From the IMG/VR virus record IMGVR_UViG_3300006072_000005: DNA of 64,000 nucleotides; one strand, given 5' to 3'. Below, piece by piece: positions 31,701-40,400 of the stretch; the stretch's first letter is position 1, and every line of letters begins with the position of its first letter. Made by a program: the position numbers and the translations under genes. The notes beneath the pieces are model-generated. The model did not search any database and was not told where the DNA came from. It saw only the letters and a list, made by a program, of their open reading frames with translations. Source of the DNA: an uncultured virus (IMG/VR IMGVR_UViG_3300006072_000005). Lineage: Duplodnaviria; Heunggongvirae; Uroviricota; Caudoviricetes.

Positions 31701-34404
31701 CTGTAAACAATGTAGGACTTGCCGCAGTTGCGTTAGCATAGGTTGTTGCAATATTAAATGAAGTTGAATTTATCACTTGAGCAACAAAATATGTTGTACC
31801 TGCAACAATATTACCTGATGTTTGTGTAAACACAATAGGCATTCCAGAATACATATTGGTGGTCACAGTCTGTGCTATTGAACTAGTACCGCCTACTGTA
31901 ATTGTTTGAACTGACGTACCTGTTACGTTAAAACTGTATGAATAATAAACATAGTTGTTGATTTCTTTCAACATGAATTGTTTATTAATAGATAATAATC
32001 CTGTGGTATTAGTATTTAAATAACCATTTTCAATTTGATAACACGCATATCTAATAGTTGCCCATGGTTTATCAATAGTTGTACCTTGACTGGCTCCTAA
32101 GGAATCCACACCAGTAGTTGAACTAACATAAACAATATTATTAATTTGTCCGTAATATGCCCAAGATGGAATTGTTCCGCCAACACGTAAAATTTGTCCG
32201 TCGGTACCAACTGGTAAACGAGTAGGACCGTTTGTTCCGTAATAGGCTAAATCACCTTGTGTTGTTAACACAGCACTTTCAGCACCGCTAGCTAATAAAT
32301 TCCAGTATGTGCCAGTTGTGTCTGCATCTGGACGATTACCAGATGCAGAAGTATGTGCAGACACACAAATATAACTGTTTGCACCAAAATAAACTACATC
32401 ACCTAAAACATAGTTTGATGCAGTAATCCAAGTAACACTATAACCAGTCCATGTAATACCGCTTGATAAGTTAATTGCACCAGCAGTTACACCTGTTATA
32501 GTAATAGTAATATCATTAGCTGGACTGATACCGCCAACTTGTGTTCCTAAAATCTTTAATGTTGTACTTGCACTATAACCAGTACCTTGTGATCCAGATT
32601 TAACAGTTACCGAATATGTTGTTCCACTTGTTGTTACGTTAAATTGTGCGCCTGAACCTGCGGCTGTTATATTTGTTCCGCTTAATCCATTATAAGACTG
32701 AGTTGTTCCAGCGTTCCAGCGTATACCTGCATTTAGTCGAGTCCAATATGTACTGAACGGAGGTTGACTTTGTGTTGTACCAGTTAATGATCCTGTGGCA
32801 TTAGTTACTGCAAGTGTTGAACCGCCTGAACTTGTAAGCAATGTGATATGTGTACTATCAATGATAGTACCGACATAGTATGTTGTACCAGATACAATGT
32901 TACCAAAACTTGTACCAGAAAATACAATTGGCAAGTTTGCAACCAAGCTACCTGTTGCTGAAACACTTACAGAATTACTACCGCTAGATGTTTGATTAGC
33001 AATAATAGTTTGCTGTGCATTATCTGCCATGGCCATATATGTATAGCCACCTAAACGAACTACTTGTCCAATTTTATAACTTGTAAGACCTGACCAATCA
33101 CCTTGGAAACTAAAACCTGTACTGAAAACTTGCCAGCTGGCTGTGCCTGTACTAGGTGTGGTAGCTGTGTTACTTGCTATTGCAGTATATAAATTTCCGC
33201 CGTAAGAAACGATGTCGCCTGTAACATAGTTAGCGGCAACAGTACCAAAGACCGATCCTGTCAATGATCCAGCCAATGCATACGATACTTGAGTTGTTGT
33301 TGGAGTTCCAGTTACGATAAATGTACCATTAAATGAACTTGGTGTAACTCCACTGACTGTTATACTTTGACCAACTGCAAATGGTATAGCAGATTGTGTA
33401 GCAAAAGATAATGTTGCAGTACCGCCTGATGCACTAGCCGCAGTTAATGTGATAGAACCGACCCAAGCATTATTTCCGCCTGACACATATTCTAAACCAT
33501 TAACAAAAACACTAAAGTTTGCTGAGGCAAATGTGCCAGAACTAGTGTGTGCTGTTGTACAAATCCAAAGACTTGCACCGTATTTTACAATATCATTAAT
33601 ACGATAATGTGTACTGTTACCGTTCCAAAGTCCTTGATATGCTACTCCTGTATTGAATACAGTCCATGAACTTTGATTAGCTTCTAATCCAAGTGTAGTT
33701 GTATTTGCACTAACATGAGCTGTATTACAAATATAATTTAAACCACCGTAGCTTACTAAGTCATTATATTTGTAACGTGTATTAATTGTCCATGCACCTG
33801 TCCAGTTAAAACTGCTGGCAAATGATGTCCAGTTACTTTGATTAACTTCAAGTCCTAGGGTGCCTGTACCGCTAACAGTACCCATTACGGTACCAGTCAA
33901 TGACTGAGCAAGAGCATAACTAACTGTAGTAGCTGTACATGCTGTTACTGTAAATGTTCCGTTAAATCCAGTTTGTGCTGAAAATCCTGAAACAGTTATA
34001 CTTGCACCAACTAAAAATGGTTGAATATTTGAACTTAATGCTGTAAATGTAAGTGTTGCTGTAGTACCATTAGCAGTTGCGGCTGTTGGTGTTATGGTAG
34101 CTGTAGAAGAAGCACTAGTATGAGCAGTCGTACATAGATAAACAACTCCGCCATATAATACTTGATCGTTTACAAGATAGTATTGATTATTTGTCCAGTT
34201 ACCAGTCCATCGACTTCCGTCTGCAACTACACTCCAGTACCCTGAACTAAAATCTGTTGCAAAAGTAGCACTTGCTGTGTTACTTGTTGTACAAATATAA
34301 GTTCTGCCGCCGACTGTAACGACGTCATCTACAACATATCCGGTTCCTGTAGTCCATGTACCTTGGTAAACAAACTTAATTCTACCTAATTTAAACTGTG
34401 CCAT
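19732..34404 (-). CDS. Giant virion structural / tail fibre protein (4890 aa)
   Basis: N-terminal W..Y...D.V.YGG..Y.C...HTS repeats (CBM-like), a beta-helix-like region, S.DG.TW Asp-box repeats, many TTYY modules, and C-terminal GHDFLYVGSG...FFTSTDQDGNF; late promoter at 34431-34436. Confidence 0.85.
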   Translation of the reverse strand: MAQFKLGRIKFVYQGTWTTGTGYVVDDVVTVGGRTYICTTSNTASATFATDFSSGYWSVVADGSRWTGNWTNNQYYLVNDQVLYGGVVYLCTTAHTSASSTATITPTAATANGTTATLTFTALSSNIQPFLVGASITVSGFSAQTGFNGTFTVTACTATTVSYALAQSLTGTVMGTVSGTGTLGLEVNQSNWTSFASSFNWTGAWTINTRYKYNDLVSYGGLNYICNTAHVSANTTTLGLEANQSSWTVFNTGVAYQGLWNGNSTHYRINDIVKYGASLWICTTAHTSSGTFASANFSVFVNGLEYVSGGNNAWVGSITLTAASASGGTATLSFATQSAIPFAVGQSITVSGVTPSSFNGTFIVTGTPTTTQVSYALAGSLTGSVFGTVAANYVTGDIVSYGGNLYTAIASNTATTPSTGTASWQVFSTGFSFQGDWSGLTSYKIGQVVRLGGYTYMAMADNAQQTIIANQTSSGSNSVSVSATGSLVANLPIVFSGTSFGNIVSGTTYYVGTIIDSTHITLLTSSGGSTLAVTNATGSLTGTTQSQPPFSTYWTRLNAGIRWNAGTTQSYNGLSGTNITAAGSGAQFNVTTSGTTYSVTVKSGSQGTGYSASTTLKILGTQVGGISPANDITITITGVTAGAINLSSGITWTGYSVTWITASNYVLGDVVYFGANSYICVSAHTSASGNRPDADTTGTYWNLLASGAESAVLTTQGDLAYYGTNGPTRLPVGTDGQILRVGGTIPSWAYYGQINNIVYVSSTTGVDSLGASQGTTIDKPWATIRYACYQIENGYLNTNTTGLLSINKQFMLKEINNYVYYSYSFNVTGTSVQTITVGGTSSIAQTVTTNMYSGMPIVFTQTSGNIVAGTTYFVAQVINSTSFNIATTYANATAASPTLFTVGTGSANIGTYSYNQAKTERDTGTVIDGLLFDIGRGGNYKTTTNALAYFANSTTFATNVNAYDIPPFVSALNYLNTLATNYVLTNTSAAVSYQSTVWPGVTITGASGTGAVATITFATQPYVYPVGQFITVAGVNPSGYNGTYIVVASTLTSVSYASTTTTSYVSGGTVNVARATQQINTGYTAELTGVARVANLISIITSPLTLGYTTNVQPAATPNTTIFVKTGTYNEVLPIVVPSYTSIIGDELRGTVVQPAGPNLNMINDKTRSINSLTRIQSLIPNLLQNTAITPTSGNTQYLTVTGASGTGSVATLTFASQTSAPFNVNQYITVTSVNPSGYNGSYIVTAVTTNSVSYTSTTSASYVSGGVVSGQATGLPAGDVGSTTVVNQINTSVSLINDMIYNGLPKTPAITIPQLTGYNTSYLVGFGYGITQIQNNYLFIKAEIAAYLNTYYSSVWTTFGGTNQTETLRDIGFVLDGLQYDMTYGCNNQSIINGSSYYSLQIPQILASYNAATVGALQRLQAIISQIVTGTSVTATSGNSVTQSTGGSAGSAAAASFAAGRVGDVIYWLQNATSNATTLTLVGSVSGTTLTVTSGTGNGIYIGSMLTGTGVVAGTYIVNQLTSSASATAATTLASGGSAGTNTFVVSSATGIAAGQLITGTNLPAGSYVSSSYISGTSITVVNAFGAPQNFTSTGGTGAYLFYPANGAGTYTLSTSGNTGTTFTALSTFTPVTSGAYALVTNQYLQTAYNNLIARQTEIASDAQVWVQKYYQAYPISQSLTQRDAGYIALALAWDVLFGTNFNSIACGRAFNRLNASALALVANTNQELNATTGAITFIGFKAKQIASAGSTVQAQTLIDDIVTKINGQVAFNTVGSAILAGTQTIAYGTADVITVTTSGGTATFSVSLTPATTGQTITYITAGGLATFSSAQTLVKGTSVTLAAAAGGMSAGTYYVTTGVNNSFTVSLSSSYANAVAGTPGSFTGGTVTGAVGVVTIGTYYNTIASVTVTSGGNWNNTSLYSAAQATTTTSSGQGLTLSLGFVSSSYSTTVAGVQTSSNIVTLGSTAGMPTNMPITFSGLPALGSVTATATTTTSNLITVATTTGLSVGQQVYFTGTVFGNIVPSQLYYIASIPTPGTNGTITVSLTFGGGNVALISATGTMTMAFNNAGGLWNNTTYWINSLQSAATLSTLAITSTTGVFSCATSSVTLTVGQPVVITGTFSAGSITGYTSGATYYIIGNPTSTAFQLSATLGGSAVTSTTSGGTITGITVTVPAATLTLTNSFKSGTAYTITNTVTGMSATTTAGATVTWPYLNNPMINGSLTYNDNVLTIQGTEILRANIPFLAAEASAYTVASYGGTVSSITSGSVVNTSGAHNLLVNDPVVFTGTVGSSNIVAGTTYYVLTVPSSTTFTISATQYGTGTQTTFTLATGSLGSLTVGYYYNYAKCVRDTTNFINALIYDINYTGNWKSMRAAELYVNAVAGSTTQNFYLVRNACGIRNQTMNGLTGVLSTANAYGTRRPTAGAYASLDPGFGPNDQNAWVYARSTFVQNCTMFGYACVGAKVDGALHAGGYKSMVANDYTCVIGDGIGWWTTGTGSLSELVSVFNYYSYAGYMSELGGRIRATNGNSSYGTYGVVAEGVDTFETPIYGTVNNRSYGPQVTNVVTDSTTQILRLEYENAGTNYTNAIPTISGSGYNILSFADEFRDAGVFESRLIDLNNGLGVGGSSYVSSVNVGQGGAVGYITIAAADVALTGSYNGMKVQITAGTGVGQYASILTYTNGSKIAQIIRTTFATLTVTSSSTTALTVASTATLYVGMPIYLSTTATNMNLTAYQVYYVQAISSTTQFTLALTSGGSAITGLTATSGQTVSLYAAGWDHVVPGTPIVNTLDLTTAYIIEPYVSFTGPGYAATARTLPATAIWSSITYGAGNYVAIANGSTSTAISTNGKTWTPGGALTASAFTNVVYGGGQSAAATVTLGGFGGSGAQLTAVIGTGTSLGQVVGVNVINGGYNYNTAPSLLFTGGGGTGAQGTAVVLNGVIQSVIITVNGSGYTSAPTVTVVTSAITAITPITWGKNYFNSGNVSVTISAPFSGTVWSGSSSATSGSYYYYYSGATQATNYYLATSSGTFSSTAPTFTTGTGSAGTYGVSLTFVGTAATATPTLTDYGVSSYTITNIGYGYTATPTITILDTSAKFVAISTTTTATAYSTVANLGSSWTSGNALPSAGFNSLTYGNGIYVAVGYTGTTSNASAIITSSPDGVTWTGRTAPSGATQAFTSVAFGWTGPGSSATTTGMFVAIATNSTSTAYSTNGLTWTTGGALPSVANWSSVTYGNGRFVAVAAGSNIVAYSNNGGVTWYSSVANNGTYLPLAQNWGISYGEGQFFATATGPTPTMTATTSSGNLITLSSTAGLNVGNTIVPTAVTETTVASQTINATAIGLSTSFISNGIAGNAGTTLTAPVGLGPFALGMYLTGSNVTSGTYITGSNTFNSTSSTIAGSILTIGGTVTGTGTTSAYSVQPGMALTGAQFNTTSSYIWNTYYPSGVQTGVFVPAGTTTGVITTGSQLSGTNITTGATYIVSNPTTSGSTITGTASPSTVVTFNGSVSIVNGQGILTVSSTPSGVGIQPGYILSGTGVTAGTTIVAPYGSSTTPTSSTGQWIVSVATVVSSTALTGTPYVLTTTGTINNNTLIPGMVLASTGGTGTITAGTYITGQISTTSSAVGTGTGVSGTIGTTTLVISGSSTGFAVGQLITGGSLFYNTYVVAVSVATNTTITLSQPLYATIGGGTYNGYIPGTAGQYFISTTSLVTSVTVTGNAWVANTGSLVPSTTITGGLTAYIAYQNTSSASAVASPSWASGGTIGASSFVVNTGTGIVAGQLIIGTGIPSGTVVASSYVPGSTTVPLAVGVAGGAAATIAGSNATGTYNFYTAGGTGTYTLNTSALTISSAQTIGGQSWTITPSQTAAAGAITGTQNTITVGNTAGMSVGEPIVFTSNIVSTTLTTTAATGNLLTVGTTVGMAVGAPVVFTAVTQTGNITSTSSTGNTITLNSTTGLVQGETIVFTAVSQTTTLTATTNGSFTLSSSSITNSILTVGTLSAGTITPGAVISGGSIPAGTYIISNISGSGNGSTWNVSTSSGFTQTSTSITGTLNIITVNSNSGMLIGETFTVATNVGNLISGNTYYITKTISTNQLAVGTVYGATSDLTLVTTTGQSVSVTAGATLGGGNLTASTTFYITSVAGSNITISTVYNGSSVTIANGTGVWTFVAGAAFGSITSGTTYYVTSIPTPGVNGTITVSTTYGGSNLTVTNGNGSWSVTEGATFGGLTSGSTYFITEIVGSTLISVSTIYGGTNAVVTNAGGSWTAQAGSLFGNLISGNTYYIASIAGNQITVSASSTLSPVITLVNDTGAWTSTIGTNIAATSWDGINWTQQTLPTYASWITPSFGNPLVTTTGYTPLWVTASNQSGTVAASIHTGATPLARTKVASGALTEIRMIEPGSGFAKGVVTGTTYVAGTTVTVTAVSGNSITIGATNLTIGQPITFATGFGNVVANTTYYVQVTSSGTTLTISSTYYGSPFNAGTASSISVAGTVGPLNLITVDQTENMYNLQPIEFNTVSSGGLSTQTTYYVIGSTIQSTTFQVATSSALATIGTSVTLTTSTPTGMQYTTGPTLTITDPNQVNKAPTRVRTGDGVLGNPSFPCRGAGNATATASITGDGYADIYQNTAFINVANLYALPAAGANVQFSSISNAWYKLVATSNQLGQAGNYTATFQVSPSLTTYLAPPNGALITTRLKYSQTRLTGHDFLYVGSGNQTQTNYPNVTDANAIQANQTYPNIGGRVFFTSTDQDGNFNVGNLFGVQQATGTATLNANAFNLAGLQSLTLGSVSLGVNSATITQFSTDPYFTANSDNILPTQKAIKSYITAQIGGGSSSLNVNTLTAGQIYIAGNTISNLNGNQIYVSSKMLFTGGIDGAPVATVFFLSR

Positions 34405-34438
34405 CTTATTTCATTCCTCTGGTCTATTAATATTTATC

Positions 34439-37400
34439 TTATTGCTGACTTGAGCTTCTATGTATACTATTGTTCATAAAGAAGTCTAAAGCTATCATAT
34501 TTCCGTCTACTCCGTAGGCATCTACATACACTTTATTCAACATTTTAACGGATGATCCTACTTGTCCGTTAGGAATACTTGAACGAATATACTGTGCGCC
34601 ACCAACTACAACTGTACCGGCTGTCATTTGTCCGGTATAGGTATTTGATCCACCTTGACTTAAACGACTAGCCAAGTAAGTTCTAATAGCTCTTTGTGTT
34701 GGGATAATACTGTCGCTATTAGCGGTAAATGCGCCATCTGTGCTAAACTGTTGTACAATAGTGGCTGATCCGCCTACGCTAATACCACCCAAGCTCAATG
34801 TACTCAATCCTGTTAATCCAAACTGGCTAGCACTTAATGTAACGATACCCGTTGCTTGTTGAACACCAAACAAGTTACCAACTTTGAAGTTACCGTCCTG
34901 ATCTGTTGATGAAAAGAATACACGCCCAAAATTAACTTCAACTGTTTGATTGTTAACAATTAATTCACTGTCATTTGTTAATGGATATAATGAGTTTACT
35001 ATATCCCCAGAACCAATATATAGGAAGTCGTGATTTGTAATACGACATTGACTGTATTTTTGACGAATAGTCGCTACAGCTCCGTTGACAGGACTTAATG
35101 CTAATGTCATTGCTGGACTTATTGAAATGTTTGCTTGAATATTTGGAGCAACTGTTCCATATACTGCGACTGCACTGGTAATCTTATAAGCCTGTGAATT
35201 ATTACCGGCAAACTGAATGTTTGATCCCTGACTTGGTAACAAACTTAAATTATTAATAACAATAGTTAATCCAGTTTGGAATGTATCTGCATATCCGTTA
35301 CCTGTAATTGCCACCTGTGTTGTTGTATTACTATATCCAGCCCCCTTATTAACAAATGTTGGACCTCCTAATGTACCGTTACTTACACGAGGAGTTACTG
35401 TAGCCAAACTAGTTACGTTTGGATCTGTAAATGTAATTGTTACGCTTGAAGAAACTGATCCGTTTATGCTAGAACTAAAAGATCCTGACAACGAATAAGC
35501 CACGTATGATGTAGAAGAATTAGTTACAATATAAGTTCCGTTAATAGCCGTAGGAGTAAATCCAGTAACTACAATAGTTGAACCTGCAGGGAATGGATTT
35601 GTTGTTTGTGTTGCTGAGAAAGTTAATACAGCAGTGCCTGCTCCTACTACGGCAGTAGCAAAAGATGAAATAGTTTGTGTGACATAACCTGAACCAGGTT
35701 CAAATTCGCTTACACCATTTAAAGTATTAGAACTTATACTTGGTCTACCTTTAGCTCTGCAACCAGCTGATATTAAACTACCTGTGCTTTGTTGACTTAA
35801 TGTTGTAAACACTCCAACGTTGGTCGATGTAAAACCAAATGCCAAGGAAGTGTACAGATCATTTGTGACAGTTCTTGGAGTCCAATCTAAACCATTTTCA
35901 CTGGTGTATGCAGTTGTGGATCCGTTGTATACTGCTACAAAAACACCTTGTCCGTATTTTACACTACTTGCAACTACTGTTTGATTAGACTGATACCATG
36001 TTATACCATCAAAACTGTATATAGCTAGTGAACCGTCATTGGCAACTGCTACGAAACGGCCGTTTCCAAATGCTATACTAGTCCATGCACTGGCGGTTGG
36101 CAATGTAGTTGATATCCAAGTTTGGCCGCCGTTAACACTTCTTGCGCCTGTAAGAGATCCAGGACCTATTGCAACAAAAATATTACTACCGTATGCTAAA
36201 CTGTTCCAAGTTTGGCTGATTGGTAATCCGTAAGCAGAATTTCCTCCGGATATAGTTCCAAAAATTCCAGAACTATATGTTCCAGTTAATGCAAATTGTA
36301 CTTGGCTAGTTGTACAACCAGTTACTACAAATGTTGTGTTAACAGCATTTACTGTACCGCTTGTTGTAGTAGGAGTAAATCCAGATAGTGTAATAGTTGA
36401 ACCAATTGCAAAAGGTGTAATAGGTTGTGTAGCAAAAGCTACGGTAGCTGTACCTGCACTAACAGTAAATCCAGTTGCGGCTACTGTTGAAATAGTCTGG
36501 CCGTTAGTCCAATTTAATCCAAAGTTTGTTGAATACGCACTAGTGGTGCCGCTAGCGCCAATAGCTACAAAGTTTCCGTTTCCATATGCAATCTGTGTCC
36601 ACTGAGAATTGCTTGGCATAGTGCTGGTTCTCCAACCAGAACCATTATTGTTTGAATAAATTACGTTGGCATTTGAAGAATTTACTGCTACAAAGTAGTT
36701 GTTACCAAACGCAATACTTGACCAGCTGGCACTACTTGGTAGTACCATATTCGACCAGTTGCTACCGTCTGTCGAAGTTGCTCCAACAGCGTTAGCACTT
36801 GGTATTGCTACAAACGTATTATTTCCATAAGCTATTGCATTCCAGTATATACCAGATGCTAATGTGATAGTTGAACCTGCAACTGCTTGTGTAAACCCTG
36901 GACTACTAAATGCAGGTCTCGATTCGATAAAATAAACTGATGTAGAGTCAAGACTTGGAACAATTGGAAAACCAGATGTTACATGATCCCAGCCTACTGC
37001 GGCTAAGTTCATAGTACCACTCTTTGTAGTTGGAACTACTACACCGACACTGTTTATTGCAGTACTGACTGTAAATGTCCCGCCATTACCAGGTGTTGGT
37101 ATACTTGCAATATAGTAAGTTGTTCCTGAACTAATTCCGCCAAACAATGTAGTAGAGAATGTACCAGTCATTGAGCCAATTCCCAAATTAACTGATAATT
37201 TCTTGCTAGTTGTTACACCTACCATGCTACTACCAGTAACGGCTGTAAATGTTAAAGGTGTTGGGCAAGTACGTAAACTCATACTGCCTGTTCCGGTGGT
37301 TACACCAAATACACCGCCTCCAAGTGTTTGACTTATAGTAAATGAAATACCATCGCCTGCCAATGATAAAATATAATAAACTGTTTCTGCTAAAATATTT

Positions 37401-40400
37401 CCAAATGTAGTACCTGTGAATATAATAGGTTGTCCTACTATAAATCCTGATGTACTAGATGTCACAACAGTATTAGTTGTTCCGTTGGTCGAAGATACTG
37501 TTTGGTTTATAATTGATGTAGATATAGTAAAATCTGTTTGGTCTACTATAGAACTAATATAATATTTTGTTGTATCAGCAATACCACTTCCAGCAATAGC
37601 AGGCGCAGTGAATATAATTGGATTTAAAACTTGCAATCCAGTTGTTGATGCACATTGTAGTGTATTGTTTACTGTACCTGTGACTGTAATATTAAATGTT
37701 GCCGCAGAAATTGTAAAATCATTGCTGTCAATAATATCATTAATATAGTATGTAGTAGCAATACTTAGTCCACCGATAGCTGTTCCTGTAAACGCTATAG
37801 GATAATTAACAACCATATTTGTAGTACTGGCTTGGATATAACTATTACCCGAAGTAAAACTCATAACCATAGTTCCTGATCCGCTTGTCAACGGCCAAAC
37901 AGTTCCAAATGCCTGTGTTGAAATTTGAATCGTTGTAGAACTTAAAATAGCATAGACATAATATTGATATCCTGCTGTAATGGTACTGAAAATTGCGCCA
38001 GATCCTGCTGAAAATATGATAGGCATGTTAACAGTCAAGCCATTTGTACTTGCTAATGTAAGTGTATTAGTTGTTCCGCCAATAGCTTGAGTTACTGTAG
38101 TCTGTGATAAAGAAGTAGATGTTACAGTAGTTGTATAGTATGTTGGAACAAATTGAACTGGCATGTTTAGATATAACAAACTAGTTGTTGAATTTGCTGA
38201 TAAAGTAAAAGCACTGGTTACTGCACTACTACTTGCAATCTGTAACGGAGTAAATGATTCTTTTAATACGTATGCCAATTTGCTTGTAGTATTGTAAGTA
38301 GCCATATATCCGTATTGGCCTGCACCTGTACCACTTTGAATAAACACACGCATACCGATATAATTACTTGGTTGATTAACATCAGACTGAGCCAATACAA
38401 TGTATTGATTTGTTCCGCCTTGTGCATTATTACCTGCTGTCAAATATCCCGAGCCACCTGATGTAACTAATGTTTGGAATACACTATTAGATCTTAGTTC
38501 ATCTCCAATTAATAATGCACCTGTTCCTGATCCAGTTACATTATAATAAGCATACGCACTATATCGGCTTACACCAGTATTTTCAATATAAAAACTTGGA
38601 GCAAGTGTAGGTTTAGAAATTTCAACTTGAGCACCATACAAATAATTATAAAGTCCTACAGCGCCATTGATACCTTTTGGATATATTCTTAGTTGTAATG
38701 TGTTGTTTAGGCCGGCTGTGTCGTTGAACGCAAACCATATTCTATACCAACCAGCAACTAGCGTAACTTGTGAACCAAATTGTGTTGGTAAATATCCACC
38801 GTTAGAATTAGTTGGAGTAATTGTGTTAGTAGTAAAATTATAATTAATTGCACTAGTACGTGTACTAGATCCAGAATAGATTGCTTGGATATCAAGCTGT
38901 GTTGCAGTTCCTTGATATACATAAACACTAGCAGTATAACTTTGTGTACTGCCTGTTGGAACAATTCCAGTTGCAACTACCGAAGAAATAACATTACCTG
39001 TTACAGTATTAACTGTGATATTACAATTATTAAGACCAGATAGTCCTCCTAACAATGCACCTGAAATTGTAAGTGTATTGCCTGCGGCGTATCCGGTTCC
39101 TCCGTAGTTTACAGAAACAGTATATCCTGTGCTAGTAACTACTACGTTAAATGTTGCTCCGCCACCAGTACCCGTATTTGTTGTAGATGGAAGATTAGTA
39201 TAACTTGCTCCAGCTGGATTTAATGTTATATTTTGATAGATGTAGCCAGTACCAGTACCACCAGTACCAATCATTGTGTATGCTTCAATGTTGCCGGTCG
39301 GAGCGGCAAAAGTTTTGTCAAAAATAATATTTCCGTCAGATACCCAATTTGGTCCAAGATAGTTATTACTATAGTACAACATATTTGTCGATGTTGTATT
39401 ATATGCACTACCTGCATTTGCATAATTTAATTTAATCAATTGGGCTGCCGCACCTAAACTACTTTGCACACTTGCCTGTACTTGGCTCGATTGATTATAA
39501 ACTGTGCCGGTGATAGGAACTTCAGTGGTATCAAATCCGCTACTAATAACACCATAGTTACCGTATGAACTATTACCGTTGGCCGCACGGATACGACCGC
39601 CTGCTTCAGCAAAATAACCAGTATATCCAAAATAACAGAACACACTAATACACTCGGTCAATGCTCCGGGGCCTGTACACCAAATGCCTACGCCATCTTG
39701 AATAACTTGTGTAAAGTCGTTACTTGTAAATGATTTGTAACCGCCGTTATGCAAAGTTCCATCGATTTTATTACCTGTACATCCGTTACCAAATGTTGTA
39801 ATATTTTCCATAAATGGACTACGACGAATAATCCAAGCTGTCGAATCGTTAGGACCTTGTCCTGGATCTAATGCTGTATAAGCACCACCACTTGGATGCT
39901 GAATATTATTTGCATCTGGTGCCAACAATGTTCCTTGTAGACCTGACAATGTCATATTACGAACGCTAGTACCATTGCGGCAACGGAACATGTCTTTTAA
40001 ACAATCTCCTGCATATACTGTCATAGTACCTGTTGCAGATGTTAAAGATAATGTTGCACCAGTAGATGTCAAATATACATTGCTTGCAGTTACAGTCGTT
40101 GGTAAACTAATTGAAATAGAATTCAAACTAGAATTGCTAGGAGCAATAGTTATACCTGTAATTGTTGTACCTGTTTGTATACCAGGACCTGTAATTGTAG
40201 CACCAACCACAAGGCCGATAATATTTGAAACATCTGTTAATACCTGACTACTAGCAGTTGTTGTTGCAATAAATTGTGTGGTGGGACTCAATGCTACACT
40301 AAATTGGTTTGATGTAATTGTCGACCCAATTACATAATATGTCTGGCCTGGAGTAATTCCACCAAACCCAGTATAAATGGATGTGGTAAGAATAGTAGTA

